In this document: piece by piece, positions 1 to 9,029 of the stretch
How the letters are laid out: each line of letters starts with the position of its first letter
Position numbering within the stretch: position 1 is the stretch's first letter
From: Azolla caroliniana
Lineage: Eukaryota; Plantae; Polypodiophyta
DNA length: 21,682 bases
Direction of reading: 5' to 3'
NCBI GenBank assembly: GCA_043228905.1
Contig: JBHGNT010000525.1
Span: 1 to 21,682, forward strand
The notes under the pieces: generated by a model
Databases searched by the model: none
Told to the model about the DNA's origin: nothing
The model's input: the letters and a program-made list of their open reading frames with translations, nothing else
Translations under genes and position numbers: made by a program

Positions 1-1085
1 AAGGGGATGTGCCAATTCATTACAAATGGAGGTTTTGGCAACATCAAGGTTGTTGAGGTGGGAAGGTAAACAAATTCTTAACCTTCAATTTAATCGGATG
101 GCTAGATTGGGTTTGGTAAGAGTTAAGGATGCTATGTTGGTTTCACAAAGAAGATTAATGGCTTTTCGAACAATAAGATCAACATTTCGTATTCCAAAAG
201 GTTATAACTTTATTTGGGATAAGTTGCAACAAATACTATCTTCGCATGAGCCAATTCCTGATTTAGATGGGCGATCTCAAGAGCTTGATTGGAGGTTTGT
301 TGGAAATAAGAGATTGACTATGATCTCAACGAATGTTGCTTATCACAAGTTGATTGACAAACATAAGTGGTTGGAAGAAAGGGTTATAAAGATATGGGGT
401 TTTCATAAGCCCATTACTTGGTGGTTTCATGTGATCAAGGCAGGTTGGTGTTCTCGATTGATGCTACGAGCCAAGGTATTTATTTGGAGAGTTATGGTTG
501 GAGTTTTACCATTAGGGGATGCATTAAAAAGAAGAAACATTACTAAAGGATTGTGTTTCTTTTGTTTGGTGGAATTGGAACATAGTAGGCATCGATTTAT
601 TTCATGCCCGATGGCAAGGATGGTTTGGAGGTGTATCAGTTTAGTGTGGATGTCTCTAACAGGAGTAAGTCTATCTTCCTTCAGTTGGGTTTTTGCACAT
701 ATGGAGAACAATGAACCGATGCCTCATTTTCAAATTATTTTTGAGTTCTTGAGGTATTGGGGGCTATGGTTCAATTGGAATATGCGGAATGCCTTCATTT
801 TTTATTCACAAGTTGGGGTGAGAAAATATGTTCTTAAGTTAAAAGGACTTCTTTTGTGGCAATTGACAATGCTAGAGAAGTCACAAAATCTCAACCAAGA
901 AGAGAGAGAACTCTGTAAGGTCACATATCATCATATTCGCCATTTGAATTGGTGTGTAGGGTGGCATTGAGTTTGGTGTCGTAGTTTTCTTTAGATCCCT
1001 AGATAGAAGGGGTTCTATAGTTTGTTGTAAGTTAGTCATGGTGGTGTTTTTCCTTTCGTAATGAAAGCCATTATTTACGAAAAAG
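1..1085 (+). mobile_element. L1-clade LINE, 3' end of ORF2 (zf-RVT domain) plus 3' UTR; continues left of window
   Basis: ORF 26-970 contains FIWRVMVGVLPLGDALKRR..CFFC..EHSRHRFISCPMARMVW..WFNWNMRNAFIF, the zf-RVT/C-terminal motif set of plant L1 ORF2. A ~110-nt 3' UTR ends in a short A run (1080-1084) that joins a (GA)n tract. Confidence 0.88.
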
Positions 1086-1113
1086 AGAGAGAGAGAGAGA
1101 GAGATTGAGAGAG
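1084..1113. repeat. (GA)n microsatellite at the LINE 3' junction
   Basis: agagagagagagagagagagattgagagaga read directly. Confidence 0.9.
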
Positions 1114-1314
1114 AAATATTCATTAGTCATTCATTCCCCATAACTGGTTTTAAATAGTTACAAAAGGGTAGATATACAGGGGTGCAAGCCCCCTTGTCCA
1201 TTCACTCACACCTCTTCGTATATGTCCACATGCACACATGTGTGCATGTGTTCACATACGTATCAACTCATACTTACAATTATACTTGGGCACATTTACT
1301 CATACACATCAACA
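1086..1314 (-). mobile_element. Partial LTR of a retrotransposon inserted in the Copia gag; itself interrupted by the LINE
   Basis: Ends ...CACATCAACA at 1314 (TGTTGATGTG on minus) exactly where the Copia gag frame (..SGTGKTEKR) breaks off. A TATA-like TATTTAAAA lies on minus at ~1148-1156. The candidate TSD is ACGTT (1315-1319), and its partner would lie outside the window. Confidence 0.55.
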
Positions 1315-1737
1315 ACGTTTTTCGGTCTTCCCGGTTCCGGATTCTTCCGATCCTTCTTTGTAGTGCGACCTCTGCCGATTCCCTTGTCCGGCCTTGCCGG
1401 ATCCAGATTTTTCCAAATTAGCGCGCTTCATCCAACACTCACTTTCTCGATGGCCTTTCTTGCCACAATACCAACATTCTATATCGGCTTTCGATTGCCG
1501 GTTTCCGGCATTGTTTTGACTCCCCCTACTTGTGGAGAGTCCAGAAGTACTTTCGGCACTATCTCTGTGCCTTCGATTTTGCTCTTGTTGGTCGCCTCTA
1601 TTGTGTGTCGATCCACCTCAACCTCCATGCCCATGGGCCGATCTATTGGGAGACAGGTCCCTCCGGATGGGAAGGGAGAAGAACAGTGCCGACGAACAAA
1701 CTCGGCTGAGGCCGATAGGCCTCGGCCGAGACGGTAC

Positions 1738-2043
1738 GAGGAGTACACGGCTACGGAGAGCTGGATGATACAGGCCCGGTGTGGACCAGATGAGTAGTAC
1801 CCGGATACGGAGAGCCGGATGATACAGGCCCGGTGTGGACCGAATGAGTAGTACTCAGCTACGGAGAGCCAGATGATGCAGGCCCGGTGTGGACCGGATG
1901 AGTAGTACATGGATACGGAGAGCCGGATGATACAGGCCCGGTGTGGACCGGATGAGTAGTACCCGGCTACGGAGAGTCGGATGATACAGGCCCGGTGTGA
2001 ACCGGATGAGGAGTACCCGGCTACGGAGAGCCGGATGGTGCAG
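1738..2043 (+). repeat. 54-bp tandem minisatellite (~5.6 copies) in the U3 of the solo LTR
   Basis: Consensus GAGTAGTACCCGGCTACGGAGAGCCGGATGATACAGGCCCGGTGTGGACCGGAT. The anchor TACGGAGAG recurs at 1752, 1806, 1860, 1914, 1968 and 2022, an exact 54-bp period. Confidence 0.95.
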
Positions 2044-2203
2044 AACCGGAGGAAGAGACATATTCGTAAATATGTTTCTGAGAGCCCATCGAGGCTATAT
2101 TTGTAAATAGCCGAAAAGTCATATTAGTATAAATATGACTTAGGGCAAACTTTTAGTTGTTGTTGTCATTTTCTGTTTTGCACGAAATTAGAGTGCGTAA
2201 CTG

Positions 2204-2205
<2 letters not shown>

Positions 2206-2235
<30 letters not shown>
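2206..2235. repeat. (AG)n microsatellite within the solo LTR
   Basis: Direct reading, ~15 AG units. Confidence 0.9.
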
Positions 2236-2238
<3 letters not shown>

Positions 2239-3221
2239 AGGTCGTTGCCTCTGTTGTAACCGCCGCCTGTGGCGAAGATCCTGAGCACGAGGTCGTTGCC
2301 TCCGTGGACTCACTGTTTTGTACATTCTTACATAGTGACAGTTTGCAGCCTGTGGACTGCCGTGGTTTTTCCCCTAGTTTGGGGTTTTCCACGTAAACCT
2401 CCTGTGTAGTGTGTGTATCTCCTCTCACTTCGTGTCGTGCATTTGTTTCCCGTTTTCTGCGTATGTAAAGAAGCTCGGTTGTGGCCGAGCGTTGGACATA
2501 AGGAGCGTTTGAGTTCCCATCACAATCCGCCTCCGTGTACAGCATCGGGTTGTCCGTTGAGTGCTCCTTGACCCATCGTGTGCTTTTCTTCGACCATAAG
2601 CATCGATTGCAGGTCGAAGAAGGACGGTCGTTTCTCTCGGGTGAGGATAGCAGTTCGGATAGGCCCATACCTTTGAGCCAAACCACCGAGGCAAATTTGC
2701 ACCGTTAGGTCCTCGTCTATCGTGACATCAACGGACCCTAATGTGTCGCAAATCTCCATTATCTTCGCGAGGTAGTCAGAAACTGACATATATCCTTTTG
2801 TCGAATATTGTTCAGTTCTTGCCGAAGTTGTACCTTCTGGGCTAAAGTGCTTGCGGCGAAAATCTTTTTCAGATTTTCCCAAGCCTATTTCGGCATCTTA
2901 GCATCTCTAATGTAGTCAATCATCCGGTCGTGCACAATGGATCAAGGCAGTATAGAACTCTGTTTGCTACTTGTTTCCATGCTGGGAACTCCTTTTGTGA
3001 CGACTCTAGTGCTATTTCATTCGCACCCTCAACATAACTCAAGTATCCATGTTTGAGCCGATACTGGTGCATCTTGTATGACCAGTATGCATAGTTGTGT
3101 CTGTCAAGCTTCTCTATCGGAAGCGAGCTTGCCATACCTCTGTCCATCTTTCGTTTTTTACTGGGTGTTAGGATTTGTCTTCAGTAATCGCTCGTCGGTT
3201 GCGGAGGTTCACAACCCTCGC

Positions 3222-3233
3222 GCTCTGATACCA
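3222..3233 (-). promoter_or_regulatory. Primer-binding site (tRNA-iMet) of the Copia element
   Basis: Minus strand TGGTATCAGAGC directly follows the LTR end ...AACTTTCACA. Confidence 0.9.
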
Positions 3234-3710
3234 TGTGAAAGTTAATATGCAGAAGCTTCGATAAACCAGCTCAGCTAGATAACAACAATAAAACATACAT
3301 GAAGGTTTAATGGTAGTTTAAGAATACACAGTACACGGAAGAGACAAAGAGGGTAGAATAGCATAAAACTAAATTCAAAATAATAACAACACTCTACTAA
3401 ATTCAAAATAATAACAACACTCTATCTATAGGATGTGCTCAGTGAGCATTTTTTATACAAGTCCACATGGGACTGACTGAAGTACTATGTACTTCAATGC
3501 TCATACGAGTGGCTGACACTAACTATGAGGACCATGACTACCTAGTAGTCTAGAAGAGTAGGCCTCTAAACAGCCTACGAGTTCACACTTGAGTCTGGCT
3601 CTCTGATTTGGCTCTTGGTCCCGGATACCGATCCGGTCCATCCATTCTGGATACTTATCCAAACACCGATCCGGATTCGGTTGAGCTTGTTCGCTCAAAA
3701 AACTTTAATC
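3234..3710 (-). repeat. 5' LTR of the Copia element (~477 bp)
   Basis: Terminal inverted motif TGTGAAAGTT (3234) ... AACTTTAA (3701-3708, terminal CA degraded). TATA-like TATAAAAA on minus at ~3450-3457. LINE coding sequence begins immediately after 3710. Confidence 0.7.
3368..3423. repeat. Perfect 28-bp tandem duplication within the Copia LTR
   Basis: ACTAAATTCAAAATAATAACAACACTCT at 3368-3395 and 3396-3423. Confidence 0.95.
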
Positions 3711-4643
3711 TCTCATGAGGACCGTAATAAAGTAATACGCCAAGAAATATGGCAAATTTACACTCAATATAAATGGATCACCCCATGAGAACCACTCCCA
3801 TCTAAAATGTCATACTATAAGGAACACTTCATGCACTTCTCTAAGTTAGGTTAAATTATTTCACGGTCAAAATATCTAGATACATTCTTATCAAATGCAC
3901 TAAGGGTTGCCATTGGACAACTTGAGATTGAAAATGGTCGTACTAATAGAATCCCTAGAGAGGAAAGGATATGTAAGTTATGTCACACAAAGATAGAGGA
4001 TGAGTATCACTTTACATGCAAGTGTCCAACTTATGCCGAGATAAGGGCGAAATACCAAGACATACTAGGACCATATCCCACCCTCTCCAAACTATTAGAT
4101 ACCTCGGATATAAAGAGACTAGGTAGGTATATCTTAGAGCTAAAACAACATAGAGAGAATAAGCTACAAAATGTTAACTGTAACCATTCTAATATTCACC
4201 AACATGTAACTAATGAAACTTTTCAGGAACAAGGGGAGATGATGAATGTGAACACACCCACACCACTCGGTCTTTCCCTTGCTAAAGCAGAACAACCAAG
4301 CACACTTGGATGTCGGGCTTCAAAGCAACTCGATGTGGAGTAGAAACAATTAAGAAGATAAGGGAACGTGAGCAACGCCACCTAGGAGCTATGGTTGGGG
4401 TACCTTTTACATTGGGACCACGGGCCACATCCACATCGAAACCCTTTGACCTCTTGCTTCTTCTTTTTTTCTTTTTTCTTTTCATAAAAAACTATCCTCC
4501 ATTGGTATTAAAATTAAAGTGGCCAAAGGCAAGATACAAGATAATCCAATATTACAATGAATATTGTGTAGCCATGTTGAATGACCGTAGCCAATCTTTC
4601 TAGGTAAAGATAAATAATTTTCTAGCCAATCTTATTCATATTC
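3711..4643 (+). mobile_element. RTE-X-like non-LTR retrotransposon, degenerate 3' end of the RT ORF
   Basis: The frame from 3711 (absent from the ORF track) reads ..SKYLDTFLSNALRVAIGQLEIENGRTNRIPREERICKLCHTKIEDEYHFTCKCPTYAEIRAKY.., with two upstream stops. This is the C-terminal CCHC motif typical of RTE-X-type LINEs, distinct from L1 zf-RVT. The right end is tentative, placed at the tail-like ATTCATATTC ~4634-4643. Confidence 0.65.
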
Positions 4644-4840
4644 GGCATCCAAGAATAATGTTTCATCCAACAACCCCTTTCTTTCAATCTCAGGATGCAT
4701 CTCACGTCCTTTCAGAATCTCCTTGCATTTTTAGTGTCTTTGTAGTTGCAATACATGGTGTTTTTTCCCACAACAAAATATGCTTCATTAGTCAAATTCT
4801 GCATACATGCCAGCCTGAATAGGCTAACAACATTACAATG

Positions 4841-5594
4841 TGATGAGGTGTTTAAGACAAAGGGTAATCATGCACTATATGAGGGCTTGAACAAACCGAT
4901 AAGATGGAGTTGTGACTCATAATATATTATATAGATCAAGAGAGACTCAAGAAATTAAGAAAAAAGATAGAGAAGATGAGAAGGAGATAAGATTGTTATG
5001 ATATTCCAATATCAAGACAATACAAAGGAGATAAACTCCACATTCAACTAAGAAACCAAAGACCTTCTTACTACCAATCACTCAAAACCACAATTAAGAC
5101 CCTTCCTCTTCCACTATGATATCTCCTCCTAAGACTACCTCTCCTCTATTAGGATTCTCTCCCTATTAGTTCTTTCGTCTATGACTATCACTTCCTCTTT
5201 TATAATTTTCTTCTTCCTCCTCGTTCACGCTATTTTTAGAAGCTTTTTATCTCCTATTTTTAGCTAAGACCCAATGACCTTCTAATCGTCATATCTCCCT
5301 CCTCAGCGCTCCGAATTTAGTGATTTAAAACGCTATAGATAACTCTCTTTACAAGATTTCTAACCCATATTTAAACATAATAGTTGGGTGAAAAACGAAG
5401 GAGTTATGACCATTCCTTTTTTACTGTTTTTTATGGCCCGCTTTTTCTCTTTTTACTTTTCTCTTGGTCTCTTACTTTTACTTTTGACTTCTTCCCTAAG
5501 CTCTTAGTTAGTGTTCTTATCCTCCAAATGTGAATTATCCATACTTTATATCCATCTAGTGTTCAATGGTTTGAATTCAAAAAACACTTTCACA
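4841..5594 (-). mobile_element. Solo LTR (754 bp) with perfect 5-bp TSD
   Basis: Termini TGATGAGGTGTTT...AAACACTTTCACA, with TSD CAATG at 4836-4840 and 5595-5599. TATA-like TATAAAA on minus at ~5198-5204. No coding remnant is visible inside. Confidence 0.82.
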
Positions 5595-5929
5595 CAATGG
5601 TAGTAGCCATGACAAGCTGTTATTTTCTTTTCAGCTTCTGCACTAGAATTCCAATGAATCCTCCAAATTTCTTGCATCTTACCAAACTTGGTTTGTAAAC
5701 ATGAACTCCACAATCGATGAACTTCTCCCTAGGTAATGTTGTTGCCCTACCAATGTCCATATCACCAAGTAATGTTGATGTCATACCAAAGCCCATAGCA
5801 CCAATTCCATCGTATTCAACATGTTGTAGTGATATATCTTCTTTCACAATGATTCCTTGATCGTTGCTGCATCTAAGAGTTCATCATATCTAGATGAATC
5901 TACCATATGAAAATATTAGTTCTCTACTA

Positions 5930-7330
5930 CAATCCACTCTCCTCAGACCCTCATGAAAATTTGCTTCTACCTCTGCCACCATCTTCGCTCGTCATTGTAT
6001 TAACTAATAAATAAATAAATCTGCTTCAAAATATTTCCACATCAGCCATCTCGCCATTTTCCATCAAATTCCTATATAGACAACAAAGAAAATGAATCAG
6101 TTGTCATCATCCACTCATGACATTTTGTTTCAACCCTCGACAACATCCTCACTCATCCTTTCAAAATTAAATCAACTTCCTTTTCCACAACATCCATCTT
6201 GCCAGTCATCGCTCGAGTCCTGTATCTCTCTATTTTCAGCAATTTCCTGTACATACACAAAACAGAATGAAGCCACTCTCCTCAAACCCTCATAAAACCT
6301 TGCTTCTGCCTCCGCCACCATCTTCACTCATTGTTCTAAAAACTGAAAATAAATAAAATTGCTTCAAAAAAAACTTCCATATCAACCATCTCGCCATTTT
6401 CCATCAAAATCCTGTATAGACAACAAGCAAAACGAATCAGTTGTCCTCATCCACTCGTGAAATTCTACTTCAACTCTCTACAGCATCCTCGCTCATCCTT
6501 TCAAACTTAAATCAGCTTCATTTTCTACTACAAATATCTTGTCATTCATCGCCCGAGTCTTGTACCTACAAAAACCAGAATGAATCCACTGTCCTCAAAC
6601 CCTCATGAAACCTTGCTTCTGCCTATGCCACCATCTTCACTCATCGTTCTAAAAACTGAAAATAAATAAGTCTTCTTCAAAAAAACTTCCACGTCAATCA
6701 TCTCGCATTTTCCATCAAAATCATTTATAGCCAACAAGCAAAACGAATCAACTGTCCTCATCCACTCTCTACAACATTCTCAGTCATCCTTTCAAAATTA
6801 AATCAGCTTCATTTTCCACTACAACCATCTTGTCATTCATCACCTGAATCCTGTACCTACAAAAACCAGGATGAATCCACTCTCCTCAAACCCTCATAAA
6901 CCTTGCTTCTCCCTCCGCCACCATCTTCACTCATCATTCTAAAAACTAAAAATAAATAAGTCTGCTTCAAAAAAACTTCCACATCAACCATCTCGCCATT
7001 TTCCATCAAAATCATCTCCATTTTCAACACTTTCTTGTATATACACACTCCTTAGACCCTCATGAAAATTTGTATCTGCCTCCATCACCGTCTTCACTCA
7101 TCGTTCTATAAGTTAAAATAACTAAATTTGCTTCAAAATATTTCCACATCAACCCTCTTGCCATTTTCACCAAATTCTTGTATAGACAACAAACGAAATG
7201 AATCAACTATCCTCATCCCCTCCTGCAATTATGCTTCAACCCTCAACATCATCCTCACTCATCCTTGCAGCAATAAATCATCTTCATTTTCCACATCAAC
7301 TATCTTGCCATTCATCGCTCGAGTCTTGAA
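5930..7330. repeat. Tandem satellite: ~9 diverged ~130-175-bp monomers in A/B dimers (~290-340 bp)
   Basis: The dimer anchor CCCTCAT(G/A)AAA lies at 5948, 6287, 6600, 6891 and 7057. The monomer anchor GAA(T/G)C(C/A)..CTCA lies at ~5930, 6094, 6269, 6434, 6582, 6745, 6873, ~7040 and 7200. Confidence 0.9.
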
Positions 7331-7401
7331 TCCAACAATCTACTTCCACGAACGGAGTAAGTCACTTATGCCTCAACCACCTCCATCTTGGGTCATGTTG
7401 T

Positions 7402-9020
7402 CTACACTATGAACGACGCTAGTGGCGGAAACAACCAACGAGGTGGAACGTAATTCCACTTAACATCATCACCTGCATCCAACATAATAGGAATAAATGC
7501 CCAGACTCTACGAATTCTTCTTCTTTTTCGGTTACTTTATTTCCATAACCCTTATAACTATCATACTCACCTTTTACTGTATGTATCAATAATTCCCAAA
7601 AGGTCTTAACCTGATCCACAACATGAATTTGTTCATCGTTGTATAGTTTGGAACACCTCACTTGCCACAAAACCCATAGGACCAAAGAGGAAACAATCTG
7701 CCAAACATAACACTGCGAGAAGAACTTGATTCCCGATACGGAGGTTGAAATAGTATACACCTGAAAACCTTTTACATGTAAAGTCAATAAAGAATTATGA
7801 TAATGATAAAAAGCCTTTTGTTGACCCAACGTTCCCCCAAAATACTACACCCCACGTGAAAATGGTTGACCTATACTTACGACCTAATAACCTAAGAATT
7901 CAAAACCAAAATTTTTTGGCCGCAACACATTCCCAAAAAACATGATGCAATGTCTCAAATGCAAACCCACACATAACACATGATCTATCAAGCATTGTTC
8001 CCCTCAATAAAACTCCTACTGGCAAGGCATAATGAATCATCAACCATCGAAAATGTAGTACCTTATTCATACACTTAAGTGACCAAAATTGTTTCCAGAA
8101 CTTCAACGTATGCGAGGATGACACATTACCTTCCTCCCAATATTTTTTCCCCGCGGGTACCGACTCAATCTGATTCAAAAGAAAATTCCTTCCAAACGCC
8201 ACAGAATATGTGAAGAATGAGATGACCTTCGTTTGCGAAGTGTCGGATCTGGACAGCTTCCAACCATAATCAGACGGATCCCAATGCAAATCAGCAATTG
8301 GCCTAGATTGTAAAACCCAAATATGAGATGAATATTTAGCAATTAAGGGATTAGGATCTATAAAGATCTTTTTATCTAATCGAGCAATTACTCGCACTAG
8401 TAACTGATTTGCAGAAGACATAATTGGAACCTCCTCCTCCACTAAAAACATCCTACCATTATCCAAACTTCATAAAAATAAAGGCTGCCATTTTGATGGT
8501 ATAAACGAGCTCCTATAAGTATATTAAGAGTCGAAAACATACCATACCAATTCTGAAAATGATCAAACTACATAGTTGGCATTGTTACCTGAAATAGCGT
8601 GGACACTTGAGAGAACATAATATTTGCCCCTCTTAAATTAGAAAACCTATTCCTCTGGTCCTACGTTGAAGTCTCTGAAAACTTTAGTCACTCCACAACC
8701 GTATAGGCAGGGCCACTATCCAATGCCGCCCAAGATAACCTAGGTTGTAAACCCAAAACACATGCAACTTCATCAGTAAATAAAGGATTCCATAACAATG
8801 GTTGACGCATGAATTGAGAATAAGTTTTTGGTGGCAAGAAAACAAGTGCTTGACGAATACTTTCCCATGCATGACTAATTCCATTAAAGAAATGTAAAGC
8901 CCCAACAGTCGACTTAGGTAACGGATAATCCAAATTAAAGAACCATCTAAGACTATCCATCCATTGACCAACCTCCCGCTTCTTTTCGAGAGACTTGGAT
9001 GGAAATGAAACTAGGCCTAG
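7402..9020 (-). mobile_element. L1-clade LINE fragment (C-terminal ORF2 with zf-RVT), degenerate
   Basis: The broken frames read QPLLWNPLF..LSWAALDSGP, then LHWDPSDYGW..FRWLMIHYALPVG..CVMCGFAFETLHHVFWEC, then WQIVSSLVLWVLWQVRC, and end WNYVPPRWLFPPLASFIV* (stop 7404-7402). No poly(A) tail is visible. Confidence 0.85.
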
Positions 9021-9029
9021 TATAAAGTC

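Larger units (their letters stand above)
1644..2522 (+). mobile_element. Solo LTR (879 bp) inserted in the Copia gag
   Basis: Termini T(A)TTGGGA...TCCCATCA. The 5-bp TSD is CGATC (1639-1643) / CAATC (2523-2527), with one CpG-type change. Removing the LTR restores gag ..TEAD-RP... It has TATAAAT at ~2128-2134, a (GA)n tract and a Copia-LTR-like GTGGTTTTTCCC..GGGTTTTCCACGTAAA motif at ~2362-2397. Confidence 0.88.
1315..3710 (-). mobile_element. Ty1/Copia LTR retrotransposon remnant: 5' LTR, PBS and degenerate gag (UBN2-like plus CCHC knuckle)
   Basis: gag MASSLPIEKLDRHNYAYWSYKMHQY.. begins near 3135. It continues as MSVSDYLAKIMEICDTLGSVDVTIDEDLTVQICLGGL..SFFDLQSMLMVEE and MLYTEAD. After the solo-LTR insertion it resumes as RP..GG*GG..ECWYCGKKGHRESECW (zinc knuckle ~1432-1479). 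Frameshifts and stops are present. Confidence 0.9.

Noticed and set aside
1738-2043. CRISPR-like array
   Set aside because: The units are contiguous 54-bp tandem copies with no unique spacers, there are no cas genes, and the context is a eukaryotic LTR.
1182-2686. ORFs 1222-1797(+), 1479-1910(-), 1855-2061(-), 2153-2686(-) and similar as real genes
   Set aside because: They cross TE insertion junctions or read through the 54-bp repeat (a multiple of 3) and microsatellites. They are antisense or off-frame products of gag and LTR sequence.
6092-7412. Short ORFs in the satellite as a repeat-protein gene
   Set aside because: Monomer lengths vary without preserving frame, stops are frequent, and no domain is recognisable.
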